Shown here piece after piece: positions 14,200-27,594 of a stretch of 64,000 nucleotides of DNA. The notes beneath the pieces were generated by a model that made no database searches, was not told the origin of the DNA, and saw nothing but the letters and a program-made list of their open reading frames with translations. The DNA comes from Lytechinus pictus (taxonomy: Eukaryota), in assembly GCF_037042905.1 (NCBI RefSeq), contig NC_087246.1, forward strand, positions 9,054,001 through 9,118,000, written 5' to 3'. Position numbers and translations under genes: made by a program. Positions within the stretch are counted from its first letter, which is position 1; each line of letters opens with the position of its first letter.

Positions 14200-14652
14200 G
14201 CGACATCACTCTTTTCATTATTATTCCATTTATTACCGTTATTCTTTTTTTTCATTCATCATTATGTTCCAACTTCCTTTCCTACTTTCTTTCTTGTTTT
14301 TCTTTCTCAGTATATCTCTTAATTTCTTTTTCCTTTTCCTCTTCTCCTTTCTTCTTCTACTTCTTCTTCTAATTATTCTTCTTTTTCTTCTCTCTTCTTT
14401 TTATTCTGTTATCCAGATGGAGATGATAATGATAACCATTATCATCATTTTCATAGCAATAATAATATCATTTTTGTATATGAAATTATTGTTGACCATG
14501 TTATTCATGAAATCCATCTTTTTATTTTCATCCTTATATTTCAAACTTGTTATAAAAATTACATCTAAATAAACTTTATCACATTTCATTAGATAGGATG
14601 AGATTACTTCCCCCTCCTCCTCCATCCCCCTCTCCCTCTCTCTCTCTCTCTC
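14200..14652. repeat. Pyrimidine-rich low-complexity tract and (CT)n
   Basis: Visible T/C runs. Confidence 0.8.
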
Positions 14653-14995
14653 CACTGGGTCTCAACTTCTGTCTGGAAAGACCTTTCACAAATTTGGATT
14701 TTTGTAAATAATATGCTCATTACGCCACTGCACTGCTCATAGTCATACCTACACAGCATCGTAGATATAAAAGTATTATGCACTTGATTAAAAAAAAAAG
14801 TGATTATTATTGATTTCATTCAACACATCAATACAATATCTTAATTTTTTTTTAGTAACATATATTATATGTGGCGAAAAAAAAAGGCACGAAATCGTAT
14901 TTGGACGAGTTTAATTACGGTACCGGTACTATATATACTATATACTTCGTGCGATATATTTGGCAAGCGCAAGGGGTTGACCGGTAAATTTCACT

Positions 14996-17900
14996 ATGGC
15001 CAACGAAGCCCTCCAGAAAAAACTTCAAGAGGAGCTAGAGAAGTTCAAGGCATCAGAGAAGGGTGTGTATTATTGTCTCATATTAGGAACGAATTCCCAT
15101 ATTTCTCCGGACACTATTTAATGACAAAACATGCCCCACCACGGGCACGACACGGAGTTAGTTGCAGTAACCTCACGCCACGGTATCGCATGATCGCACA
15201 GACTTTCCGCGATCCATAGATGTAGCCGATGTAGGCCTAACACTGGGACTTGATTCCTGTGCAATTCGAATGAAGCAATCACAGAATTGTGATTTTTCCC
15301 GTCTGAAATAAGTGCGATGAAATTGCATGGATCGGTATATCAATGGCCACGTGTTTTCCCTGCCGGTAGCCTTTAAGTTAACTGCACTCTCCTTTTTTGT
15401 ATTATTAGGGACAGGGTCTCTTCTACCTCGGGCGATGTTCGTGCAGGCTCCACTTCACTACCGTTACACTCCGCTCCACCTACCCGAACATCGGGACCGT
15501 GAACCATTTTCGGATATCCCGAGTCACAAAGGTGGGATGGCAATCATATTAATAATCGTAAAAATTAAACATAAAAAATATAACGAAAAAGATGATTGAC
15601 TTAATAGTTAATATCTTACTCTACAGTACACCCGTATTTCACTCCGTTTCCATCCTCCGGTTATCATCAAAATTTGTGATTTTGGGCCACTATCAAATTC
15701 CTCACACGTATTATTCACGGCCGATTTCAAAATGCATATCGAGTGGACCTGATCCTAATATGATAGCATACGTGTGAGGAATTTGATACTGGCCCAAAAT
15801 CACAAATTTTGAGGATAACAGGAGGATGGAAACGGAGTGAAATACGGGTGTAGAGTAAGATATTAAGTCAATCATCTTTTTTGTTATATTTTTTTATTTT
15901 AATTTTTACGATTATCATGATTGCCATCCCACCTTTGTGACTCGGTATATCCGAAATGGTTCACGGTCCCGATGTTCGGGTAGGTGGAGCGGAGTGTAGC
16001 GGTAGTGAAGTGGAGTGGAGCCTGCACGAACATCGCCCGAGGTAGGTCTCTTCTAGCCTTGAGGACTCCATGATGGTATTTTTTAATATTTTGACAAATA
16101 CTTCTTCATGGAGCCTTGAACCGCCTGCCATATATGTATAACTATAAGAGACTCAACAAAACAGATGGATTTGCCTGGCCCTAGGTCCAGGAAATGTATC
16201 TTTTAAAATTTAAGATAAAAAATCACAAATGTTTGTGATTTTCTTTATTTCACACCTTCATACGCCTTAATTGGTTAATAAAAAGGTTAAAAATTGAAGG
16301 TTTCTTACCAGACCGATCTCGTGTAGATCCCTCTATCCGTTTGTCAACAAAGCAAATACAATAGGTCTGACCCGTGAACCGCTTCGTTATGATGTACCTT
16401 CGATTAGCAATGTTACAAAATGCCGTTTTGAAGAACAATTTATAGATAAAATTATTATTCAACAAATACTAAAATTTAATACGTGATTATCAATAATAAT
16501 AATTATTATTTATAATCACGTATTAAATTTTAGTATAATTCTATGGAATTAAAAAAAATTTGGTGTGTACAATACAGTGTAGGTAGATGACACCAAAATA
16601 CAGAATATGTTCTAATTCGGAGTCCGCAGGTCAAAGGTCACAGTTGGTTCAAAGGTCTAAATTTGTTCATTATATTATATATCCATGGTTTCTGCACGAT
16701 ATTAAGTTCAATTGTAATGAATGAATTTTTGATCACGTTAAGCGGGGGCATCTGTGTCCTTTGGACATGTCAAATTTCCAGTTCTTTCCTGCATTCCTTC
16801 ATTTTTTCTTTCTTTTTTTCCTTCATCTTTTTTTTATCTTCTTTCTTTCCTTTGTTTTCTCATCTTTCTCCCATATTGTCCTTCATTCTCCTATTCATTC
16901 TTTCTTCGATCAGTTTCTTTCCTTCTTTCTTTTCTTTTCCTTTTTTCTTTCCTACTTTCATTCATTCTCTTTTTCTTTCTTTTCTTTTTCCCACTACTTT
17001 TTCCCCTACTTTCTTCTGTTCATTCTTCTTTTCTTTTTTTGCATTCCTTCATTCTTCTATTCATTCTTTCTGTTATTTTTTTTAATTTTCCTTTGTCTTT
17101 TTTTTTCTTTATTTTCTCTCCTCTTTCTTTCCTTTCTTTTTTCCCCTCATCTTACTCCCATACTTTCCTTCATTCTTCTATTTACTCTTCTTTAGTTTCT
17201 TTCCTTCTTTCTTTTATTTTCCTTTTTTTTGTACGTTCATTCTTTCATTTTTTTGTTGTTTTTCTTTCCTCTATCCTTTTTTTTATTATTTCTTCATTTA
17301 TTTATTTCTCTCCTTCTTTCACATTCATTCAGTTGTCCTTTCCTTCTTTCCTTCCTTTTTCCTTCTTCCTGACTGAGACTCTACAAAAAAATGTTTTTGT
17401 TTTAATTTAGAAAACTCACTTTCATGCCTGCATTTAATAAGTATTATGTAAATAAGTGATAATGAATATTTCATGGGTGGCTGAAACTGAATGTCAGCAA
17501 TGATCTAAATGTAGACTATTATGTTTGACTTTGCTTGAAATTTAAGTAGGTTAAAATCTTGAAACAGACAACCCATGAGCTCCAAAATAGCCATCGTAAA
17601 ATACATTAAGGGTGGCTATTTTTCGGGGGGGGGGGGGGGGGGGTTCTAAAAATAGCCCTCTTAAAAAGAAAGTAATTTTTTGGTTGGTTATCACTGTTCT
17701 GTGAAAAGAAGCAACATATAAAATGTCATAATTTTCATATTAAATATATATTCTTTTGATAAAATTGTCGACGTTACAGTGCAAGTCCAAGAACTTGCAC
17801 ATGTTATGTACATGTATGGCGTACATGTACAGACATTTCAGAGGATGTAATGACCTCAAAAATAAAAAGGACTTTGATTATATTGAATACCCTATGATTG

Positions 17901-20664
17901 TTGATATCTAAGAGAAGAATGATCGTGTAAAAAATGGTGACACATGGCCTTTACCTTTTAGAGAGACAATGTGCCGTTACGTATGGAATGCAGAAAAAAG
18001 ACAATTTTTAAAACATTTTTTTCAAGTTCAGAATTTGCTAAAAGTATTTCATTTTACAACTTGTAACTCAGTGTGATAAAGGTCACAACACTCGAGTACT
18101 GTATATCATTAGGCAAGTTTCATGTCATAATTCAAAACCCTCTAATTACAGACTTTAATTAATCAAATTAATCACATATTATGTATGGGACATTTAGTCC
18201 CCATAGAGGATGTACACAATTTTCTCCATATTCAAATAATTTCAAATATGGAAATAATAAATGATTTTTTTTCTTTTAAAATGTTCTATTAAGTTATATT
18301 CACTTTTTACACAAATTTCCCCATTGACATTGACTTGTGTACAATTGTCCCCTACATAACATGTCCCATATGTAACTTCTAATTAATTTTTTTTAGATAT
18401 TATTGAAACTTGTTGTGGTATAATATATTCTTACTCAATAAATTAGAACTCCCTAGAGATGTAACAATACATGAACTGTATTCTGAGAAATATATTTTTA
18501 AAAGTCCTTAAAATGTTACGTAGGGACATTCCATCATGTGACAAGACTGATCTAATTTGCATATTAAATTAAGTAAGTTCTTTCCCCAAAAAGTAATAAG
18601 ATGTTGAGAGTCCATGTCCCACCTATGATTAAATCTCAGAAGTTTTGATTTTCTTTGAGTTTTTATAATTGTCCCATACATAATGCCCATTTTACCAATT
18701 ATGCATTTAGGAGCTCCAAATTAGCATAAATTTTCATAACATAAAATTATTTTTGATGAAATTTAGCCGAGGCTTTCTTATTCTACCAAAGATATCTTCT
18801 TAAAGGAAAATGAAACTCTTGGAGCAAGTTAGCCTTTGTGAAAGCAGAAAAATAAAAAAATAAGATCAACAAAAGTTTGAGTAAAATAGGACTAGCAATA
18901 GAAGAGTTATGAGCATTTGAATGTCGAGATCACTAAAGCTATGGAGATCCTCCCATTGGCAATGTGACCAAGATCTATGATGTCACAGATGAACAACTCT
19001 CCCCTTTTGGACACTGAAAATATCCCCCCAAACATCTCTTTTTGCTCATTCTAATCATATGACAAACGATTCATCAATGATATAATGTTGTGAAATCTCT
19101 GTACTTGTCCTCTCATAAAGAGAACACCTCACCTCGGTGATAGACTCTATAAAAGTGAGAATATAAGTGAAATAAGTACTAAAGTAATGAGGGAGTTGTA
19201 CGTGTGTGACATCACAGATCTTGGTCGCATTGCCAATGGGAGGAACTACATGGCATTAGTGATCTCAATATTCAAATGCTCATAACTTTCTTATTATTCA
19301 TTCAATCTTCCTCAAACTTTCAACAATATGTTTCTTTGATTTTTCTTTTTGATATGGATTCAGCTGGTTTCAAGGGTTTCATTCTCCTTTAATATGAAGA
19401 TGACATTTGTCTTCTAGGGTGACCTTTTTCTCGGAGTAACCCTACACTTCTTTTCCAACTTGTTTGGGTGGACTTGACCTGTACCTTAGAAGCTAAGGTA
19501 AAGAACACAAAGTGACATAAAATTTATTCAATTCTATATGATTTGTGTTTTGTTTCAGAATACCAAAATGCTGTTGGCTTAAGAAAGCAATTAGATGCAC
19601 AATTAAATGAAAACTCTATGGTGAAAGATGTAAGTATGATTAAACTTGGTGGAAACCAGTGTACATGCATTATTCAGTGCATCCCAGAAAGAAAATCTCT
19701 TAAATGGAATGAATAAATCAGAAGATTCCTCATTCATGCATGTGTGAGATAAATGATTTGAAGGAAGGAGAACAAAAAGTCACTTGGCATACAGGATCAG
19801 AATTGTCTAAACAATTCAACATCTGCTCTTTAATTTGTTACCTCAATCCTAGAAAATGGTCAAGAAACAACAAAGTTCTTTATTTAAATGAAGACATTTT
19901 ATTTACCGGCTTGTTGTCAGACTTACTCAACACTCCGTTTTGTCAAGAATCAGCCGTGCATTAAAGTCTTTTGTTAACTGTCTAAAAAATTTTCTCTCCA
20001 TTTATTTTGTACACAAATTTGATATCATTTCCCCATTAATTTTGTACAAATTATATGTAAGTTGTCCCTAGGGCAACATTTTTGTCTCGCCTGAACGAAG
20101 TTTAGCAGAGACCTACATGTAGTAATCACTTTTCCTGTTGGTCTGTTCCAAACGTTAGTTTTTGTTCAACTTGCTCTCATTTCTTAATTTGTGCATCAAT
20201 TATGTTCATACTTGGTACATATGATCCTTGGGTAATACCACGTGTGTGTTGTTGAGGATGATGAGGTCAAAGGTCATGTGAGGGTCAAAAGGTCAATTTT
20301 TGTTTGAATTGCTCTCATTTCTTTATTTCTGCATCAATTATGTTTACACTAATGATCCTTAGGTAATACCACATGTGTGTTCATGAGGTTGGTGGAATCA
20401 AATGTCATCTACACTGTAGGGCCAAAAGATCATTTTGCATATTTTATTGACCGCAAAATCAGGCGAGACTCTCATTAAGCAACTTGTTTTGATTAACTTT
20501 GTGTAAAAAGTAAATTACATTTTTTTTGGGGGGGGGGGGGTCATATTACATTTTCATACTCAAATTAGAATTTTCTAGAGGTGCAACAATACAAGTATTG
20601 CATTTTGGGAAATGACGATGAATTTGCATGTTAAAATTAGATAATACAACTCCTCCCCCCCCCC

Positions 20665-20696
<32 letters not shown>

Positions 20697-23600
20697 ATAT
20701 TTTGAACTTTTTGGACATTTGTGATAAATCTTTTTTGCAATTCTGATACTGCCTGACTTTATGGTATCTTTACTTCAGATTGCTTTTATTCATGCATGAA
20801 TGAGGAATCATTTACATTATACCAAATGAAAGAGGAGACTCCTAGCTTTACAATGATAGGTCGTTTGTCGTACTGTATTTGTTACTAAGTAATACTAATT
20901 CTCAGGTTTCGTTTTTTGTAGGATGTACTGTACATGTATGTTAGCTTATATGTTGTTTTTCAATACAATTTATATGCGGTATGATGTGTGATGTATTCAT
21001 CTGGTTATCTTGTTTTCTACTATCCATTATGATAAACATCTATCAAGGAATAGAGGTTTTGCTTGAGTGAGATGTATGGCATTTTGGCTTTTCATTTTCA
21101 AAGTTATTTAAAGGAAAGAAATTTGTGCACGGTGCTTTGTCTGTTAAAATAAAATGTTCATAACAGTTTTCATCATCCGTACCAAATTTGTATTGTAGTT
21201 TCAGTTTTTTATTATTTTTTTGAGCAAACAATTACCACTATAATTTTAATTCTGAATGTTAGCAGTGATCCATGATCATATTGATTTGGATTTCATTGGT
21301 TTGGTTTCTTCTTCTGACTTACCTGATTTGTTTTAAAAGTGCTTTTGTTAATTCTTTAAATCTTAATTAGGAACTTGATCTTCTAGAAGCAGGGAGCAAG
21401 GTGTTTAAGATGATGGGTCCTGTTCTTATACATCAAGATGTGGAAGAGGCCAATGCCACTGTCAAGAAACGAATGGAATACATCACAGGAGAAGTGTAAG
21501 ATATAGTTTTTGTTCATGCATTGTGCCATATGCAAAACTAGGGTTGCAGTTTTGCATATTTGGGTATTTAAAAATGTCCAAGGAAATGAACCATTTTACT
21601 TTCCTCCTGAACTAAAAAGCAAATGTTATATCTGTGCTTTAGTCTAATACACTGATTTATGACAACATTACGTCAAACCCTCTTTGCAGAATTTGCCGCC
21701 GTAGCTAATCGTTTTGCTACGGTCCTATACCCCCGTAACAAAATCTTTGTTCCCAAGCGCTATCAACCCTGAATCGCCCGATAATCCCTCTGTAACGTTT
21801 CTCCGCAGCAGACACAAGCCCGAGGGTAGACCATAACAACAGCTGTGATATTACGTAAGAGCTGCTCTGCCTGTAGTAGGCCTTTAGGAATTAAATTATT
21901 GTATTTGATATTTAATGAAGTGTTCAAAGGCATATTGTATCTTGAAATTCAATGGTAATTTGTTTTCAATTTCGAACGAAGAAAATCAGCCCTGAAAAAG
22001 GGAAACTGTTAAAGATAATAAAAATGATTGCATGCGCTGGTGGGCCGCAGAGTTTGATTGAATCGTCACGCTGCGTATGTAAAGCGCTATCAACCCTGTA
22101 TTGCCGATAATCCCTCTTTATATCAGGCAAGCCGAGGGAAGACCATAACAACAGCTGTGATATTATGTAAGAGCAGCTCTGCCCGTAGTAGGCCTTTTGG
22201 AATTAAATTATTGTATTTGATATTTAATCAAGTTTTCAAAGGCATATTGTATCTTGAAATTCAATGGTAATTTTTTTTCAATTTCGAACAAAGAAAATCA
22301 GCCCTGAAAAAGGGAAACTGTTAAAGATAATAAAAATGATTGCATGCGCTGGTGGGCCGCAGAGTTTGATTGAATCGTCATGCTGTGTATGTAAAGCGCT
22401 ATCAACCCTGTATCGCCGATAATCCCTCTTATCAGGCAAGCTGAGGGTAGACCGGTTTCAACAGCTGATATTACGTAAGAGCAGCTCTCCCTGTAGTAGG
22501 CCTTTCGGAATTGAATTATTTTATTTGATATTTAATCAAAGGCATATTGTATTTTGAAATCCAATGTTATTCTGTTTTCAGTTTCCAACGAAGAAAAATC
22601 GGCCCCGAAATAAGGAAACTATTAAAGAGAAATAAAAATAACTGCATGTGATGGCGATCGAGTTTGCTTGAATCAGGGCGCTGCGTATGTAATTGCGGTT
22701 TTAGTTTTTTTTTACCCATCGAGGTCAAGAAACATGTTTAGATACTTAAATAACTGGCCCTGGGTGATTGAGATTTTCCATGATTCGTAATCAGGGTTTG
22801 TTTTCTACAACGATGTTCGCGTCATGATTTAAGGCAGTTTTGCTGTCTAGAATGTATCAACATTCTTCTTTCCTTTGTGTCATATTGAAAGATGTTGTAT
22901 TGTGAATTTCTATTATCCAGCATTCCAGTATTTATTCACACAAGTTTCATTGTTATTTAAATTTAAAAATTGTGCAGCCCTTATACTGTACATGGCATAT
23001 CAATATTTTTGGGAAAGCTGTCAAGAATCAAGTTTCTTGATATAAAGGATATATTTCCCATCAGATAAAACCAATACGGGAATTTTTGTTCATGTTTGAC
23101 AGAACACTGACTTTTTTTTCAAGATATGAAAAATGACAACTTGCATCGAAATGAAAGAAATCGACTCCATGAAAGCATTATTATGAATTCAATACTTCCA
23201 ATGGCTATGTCTGATTAATGTGTAGATTCAATAATTGATATTAATGTAACACTGATATTTTAGTCAGTTACATTCATTTCTGCATTCCATTACATGTACA
23301 TGTATACCCAGCAAGGTCTTGAGCGTAATGGGTAATTTCACATCACAGCCAAGCCAAAAACAAGCAGAATATACCAACCATGATAATTGGTATTCAGACT
23401 TGCTTTCATTGTGTCCATATCCTTCATTTTGACACCCTGGACAAAAAAGGTCAGTTGGGTAGTGAAGCATGAAGGAAAATTTGTCTTTTTGTGTCATCTG
23501 ATAGAGATGGCTTTAGAGCTTCAATATCAAATATAATTATTCTTCGTAATAAAAATTTATTTTTGACAGCTTTTCCAAAGTATATTTGCTGGGACTGGTA

Positions 23601-24784
23601 TAATGTCCGAAATCTACCATTAGGCAAATTCATCTTTTATTTTTAGTTGCAATTAGGGCATGTTTATGCTTCCACTTTTCAGGCCAGAATCAGCATTTTC
23701 ATACGTGATTAGTCCAAAACACGGTTGCGTCCATGCTTACTTTCCTTTAAACGACGTTTCAGAATGCCGATTGTAAACTTACAAAAAGTGCATTTCTAAA
23801 CGTCGTTTGACCTGAATTGGGTTTTTATGGGAAGTATAAACAGGACCACGATCATAAACGTGTTTAAATGACTTCATTTGGTACATGCTTCCGGTGAGAT
23901 GAAAATCTGTGGGCAAATACAGTTGCATGGTTCTATTACAGGGAGTTACCTCCTCGGAATTACCTCTCAACTTCCTGGTTTTAATCATGACCAATTGCAT
24001 TTGCATGTGTGAATATTAAATTGAGTATATCACTATCACGATGAATGTTGAGGGATTAAAAAAACGGAACATGAGTTATAATGATTGAGGAGACATCGCT
24101 GAGCCAGAAGCCCTCTGAAAATTTAAGCATAAACAGCACCTCCAGAACCATGTTTGCAATCAGTGTTCTGAAACAACGTTCGAAAACGCTGATTCTGTCT
24201 ACGCAATGGAAGTATAAACACACCCTTAAAAGGCAGTAATGTGATAAACTAAAACAAAGTTTTGACATTTTGACTTGTAGTGAGTTTGACTAGCGCAAGA
24301 TCTGTGAGAACGTAAATGATCCAGAAGAACAGAAAAAAATTGCTTCTTTTCTTCTTGAAAGTTTGAAATATCTGTTGCTGGTTGAAGATGATAAAAATTA
24401 TGAATTGATGGGAAGTAAGAAGTGAAATAGGAGAAAAGGGGATTAAGAACAGGAAGATATTGATATTGGCTTGCGTTTAAATTGCAACTGAAGGGGACAG
24501 CTGTTATACTTTATCAAAAGAGACAGGTAGATGGACAGACATAGAGGACTGGAATATGAGGAAGTAAGGCAATGTCTTTGATTTAATGTTTACTTTATAA
24601 AGCTTCATGCATAAAGTTATTTCACTTAAAGTGATGATTTACATTCTTTTTTTGTCATTGCAGGAAAAGGTATGATATCCAAATCAAGGATCTAGAGAAG
24701 AAGCAAGAAGCCCATAGAGAGAAATTAGGTAAACTCCAACAAGAGTTCTCCAAAGCGCACATGAAAGCAGGTGGAAAGACATAA
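14996..24784 (+). CDS. PFDN6: Prefoldin subunit 6 (127 aa, 4 exons)
   Basis: Exons 14996-15062, 19559-19629, 21371-21495, 24664-24784 (384 nt, ends TAA). MANEALQKKLQEELEKFK...RKQLDAQLNENSMVKDELDLLEAGSKVFKMMGPVLIHQDVEEANATVKKRMEYITGEVKRYDIQIKDLEKKQ... Confidence 0.96.
15424..16044. mobile_element. Foldback element with 9-bp TSD (Mutator/MULE-like MITE)
   Basis: ~285-bp near-perfect arms around a ~55-bp spacer; GGTCTCTTC duplicated at 15415-15423 and 16045-16053. Confidence 0.88.
16785..17370. repeat. Degenerate (TTTC/TTC)n polypyrimidine tract
   Basis: ~590 bp almost devoid of G; source of three spurious Phe/Ser/Leu ORFs. Confidence 0.9.
18804..19388. mobile_element. Kolobok-like MITE
   Basis: TTAA TSD, AGGAAAATGAAAC / GTTTCATTCTCCT termini; near-identical inverted copy at 54037-54619. 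Confidence 0.9.
19675..20930. mobile_element. Old Tc1/mariner-like MITE hosting the 20079 HINE
   Basis: CAGTGCATCC... / ...GGATGTACTG-TA degenerate TIRs. Confidence 0.4.
20079..20488 (+). mobile_element. Second HINE-like family
   Basis: TTTTT-GTCTCGCCTGA...TCAGGCGAGAC subterminal IR, two internal ~130-bp repeats, CTTGTT end. Confidence 0.65.
21755..22692. repeat. Three tandem copies of a ~320-bp unit (PFDN6 intron 3)
   Basis: AAGCGCTATCAACCCTG at 21755, 22082, 22394. Confidence 0.9.
23656..24225. mobile_element. PIF/Harbinger-like MITE
   Basis: TTA TSD, GGGCATGTTTATGCTTCCA / TGGAAGTATAAACACACCC TIRs. Confidence 0.75.
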
Positions 24785-27594
24785 TGACAACACAGCTTGT
24801 AGCCATACTGACTGTATCAAACTTTTTTTTTTAATGTTGTGTGTTTGGAAGGTGTACTTAGCAAACCATATGTCCTTCTTTCTCTGTGACCTGTCAGCAA
24901 AGGATCATTTATGTTGCTGCTGATCAACGCCTAGTCATCCAATGTCAGCAGGAACTGTCGAGTAGCCACTGGACAAAGTTTTCTGTTCCGTCATGAACTC
25001 TCTTTGCTTCTTGGGGAAGAACATCTTTCATCAATGTGTCCATCTTGACAGATTCATCATGTATTTGAAGAGCACTTCAAAATCTGCATTTATTTATTGA
25101 ATACAAAGCTAAATCTTCATTAGTCTAATTATTTAGGGCCACCAAAAGTAAAAGTTTAATGTATTCTGAATTTCAGAATAATTTCATACAGCAGAGAGAG
25201 ATTCTGGTTTTAAAAATGACATGAATACACCGTACTTCTCAATACCCTACACATCTGGTTTATGTCCATCACTTTTTGGTAAAGTATAAATTCTAGACAA
25301 CATGCATGTTGGACATCATACTGTGACTATGTATATCTCAATTTAATATTATAATAACTGAGTTATCCACTCCTCACATCAGATTTTACCCTCTGTGGCA
25401 AATTTTGTCATTTGCATGAGGCTTGTAGGAATTGTCTAACATGATATCCATTGGACCAATGAATTGCACATGACAGATTGTTAAGTTTGTTCATGACAGA
25501 TGTGATATACCAACTATTATCAATATGCCTCACTTTTTTTTTAATCAAATATTTCAGGAGCCTGTTGAATAATGGGGTTATTTGTAAAGTACTCCTTTTT
25601 TGTCTGATGTATGATACTTTTAAGCTAGATAACAAATAGAATTATGTGTGTTTGCTGTTTCCCATTCTATACCCCAAGCAAATTGTTCAATTCACGTTTT
25701 TTTTTAATTTGTGCAAATTGCATTTTCATTCATAATCATTTATGGTAATTAAGTAATTAAGTTTTTCTATGCTTGTTTTGGTTTTTTTTCTGTAAAAGAA
25801 CAGCAATATACAGTGCATCCAAGAAAAAACAAACTGTAATATAGTGTAATTTTTGCCACCATATTCATAATTCATTAGATGTACATTAATGAAAAGATAT
25901 GCTTCCCCTCTTTCATTTGAAGCCCATCTCAATATAAATAATGCACGCATGACTGAGTAAGAAAAACAGAAAGTGGTGCTACCAATTTTCCATTTGCACG
26001 AGCATATTACGATTTTAGGTGAGTCTTCTCGCTTTTACTGCTATCTATTCAGAAAACAATGGTCATAACTTAGATATCCATTTTTCTTCTTTCATATGAG
26101 ACCTTGTGTGTAAAAATATGGTACATGTATGCATGGCTGAGAAAAAAATTGCATGAAAACATGCTTGATTTCTAGTTTTCTACCTATTGGACAGATCCAA
26201 CAAAGCAGCAGACAATTGGATAACGATGAATGCAGGGTGAGTGTGAATTTTTGGTTGGCTTGGATGCTATGTTTGTATTTTTTCTCACTTTAAAAAAATT
26301 GCTTGAAGTGATTAGACAAGGCAGGGTCAGCAGTATGTTTGATGGGGGGGGGGGGGGAGACCCACTTAAAAAAACAACCTCCCAAGTAAAAAAAAGGCTT
26401 TCTCCTAAACACTTGTAAAAAGTGATGTACCTCTTTTCTGTTTCGCCCGCCCCTTAAAACAAGTTTCGCAGCCCTGTGAAATGTCACGACGAATGAAACG
26501 ACCGAGAGAAATTTGAGATAAAAATTATCAATACTATTACTGTAACAGTGAATTTTTATAGTGGCTAGCCATAGACTCAAGCCTGAGAATACCCATATGA
26601 GCCTTCAGTCAAGTGTCTAATTATAATGAAGGGGTTTCCAGCCTGAACCACATTCACTGTTGGCCTATTGTCTGTTGCATTGTTAGGAAAACAAAAATGT
26701 GAGCTTCATATTAAGTTAAAAATATGAACCTGTTGAGCGATTAAGGATGATGGCTTCATGTCAATAAAAACAAACATGAATCCAACACAAAGTTGGTATG
26801 AAAATATATAAGTTGGAAAAAGGCTTTGTTGAATGAAATCCCCCAGGAGTTAAATTCAAACTGACCACTTTATGTGCAGACACATGGCCTATATTTATAC
26901 TATCACTACAGTACCACTGATCACCCACTCCTTATAATTACATGCACATTGAGTCACAATGCAATGGATGTGCACACAGGACAGTTTGAATTAGTTGAAC
27001 ATTTTTATATCTAAGAAGTAGAACACCTCTGGCAGTCTCGCCTGCTTAATGCGATTCAACATAGCAGCATTGCTGACTTTGAAATTAGGTAAAGCAGGGG
27101 GGGGGGGGGGGATCAGAGGCTTGGTCGAAATGCTTATAACAGCCCTGTGCCAGCTGCACAGAAACAATGTGCATGTAAGTATATGGATTGGATGGTTTAT
27201 TTAATTCCCATTTTGTAATTGGATATTGTTAATAAATGCAGACATACACAAGGCATGAAAGTGATTTCATGGCCCACAGTACTCTGCTGAAGAAATTACA
27301 ATATTAAGTCAAGTTTTCATTTATTCTGCTTTTGGTATCTTGATGCAGTTTCCAAACTACAGTGATTTTGTAAAAGAAGGGAATTAGTATATGGGACAAA
27401 AATCTATATGCACCATTATTCAAAAGAATCAGGGAGTATAGGTATCATAGAAGAGTTGAAAGGAAAAAAAATGAAATTGGTACGTACTGTACTCAAATCG
27501 AAATCACAAGCAAAATACTGTTTGCCTATTTTGATGGCATGTTTGTTAGTATATCCTTAAGATGTTCAAATATCAGAAAGGTCTTCATGCTGAA

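Noticed and set aside
16663..17410. Long Phe/Ser/Leu-rich ORFs (140-218 aa), and a similar one at 14198-14572
   Set aside because: By-products of polypyrimidine low-complexity tracts lacking stop codons.
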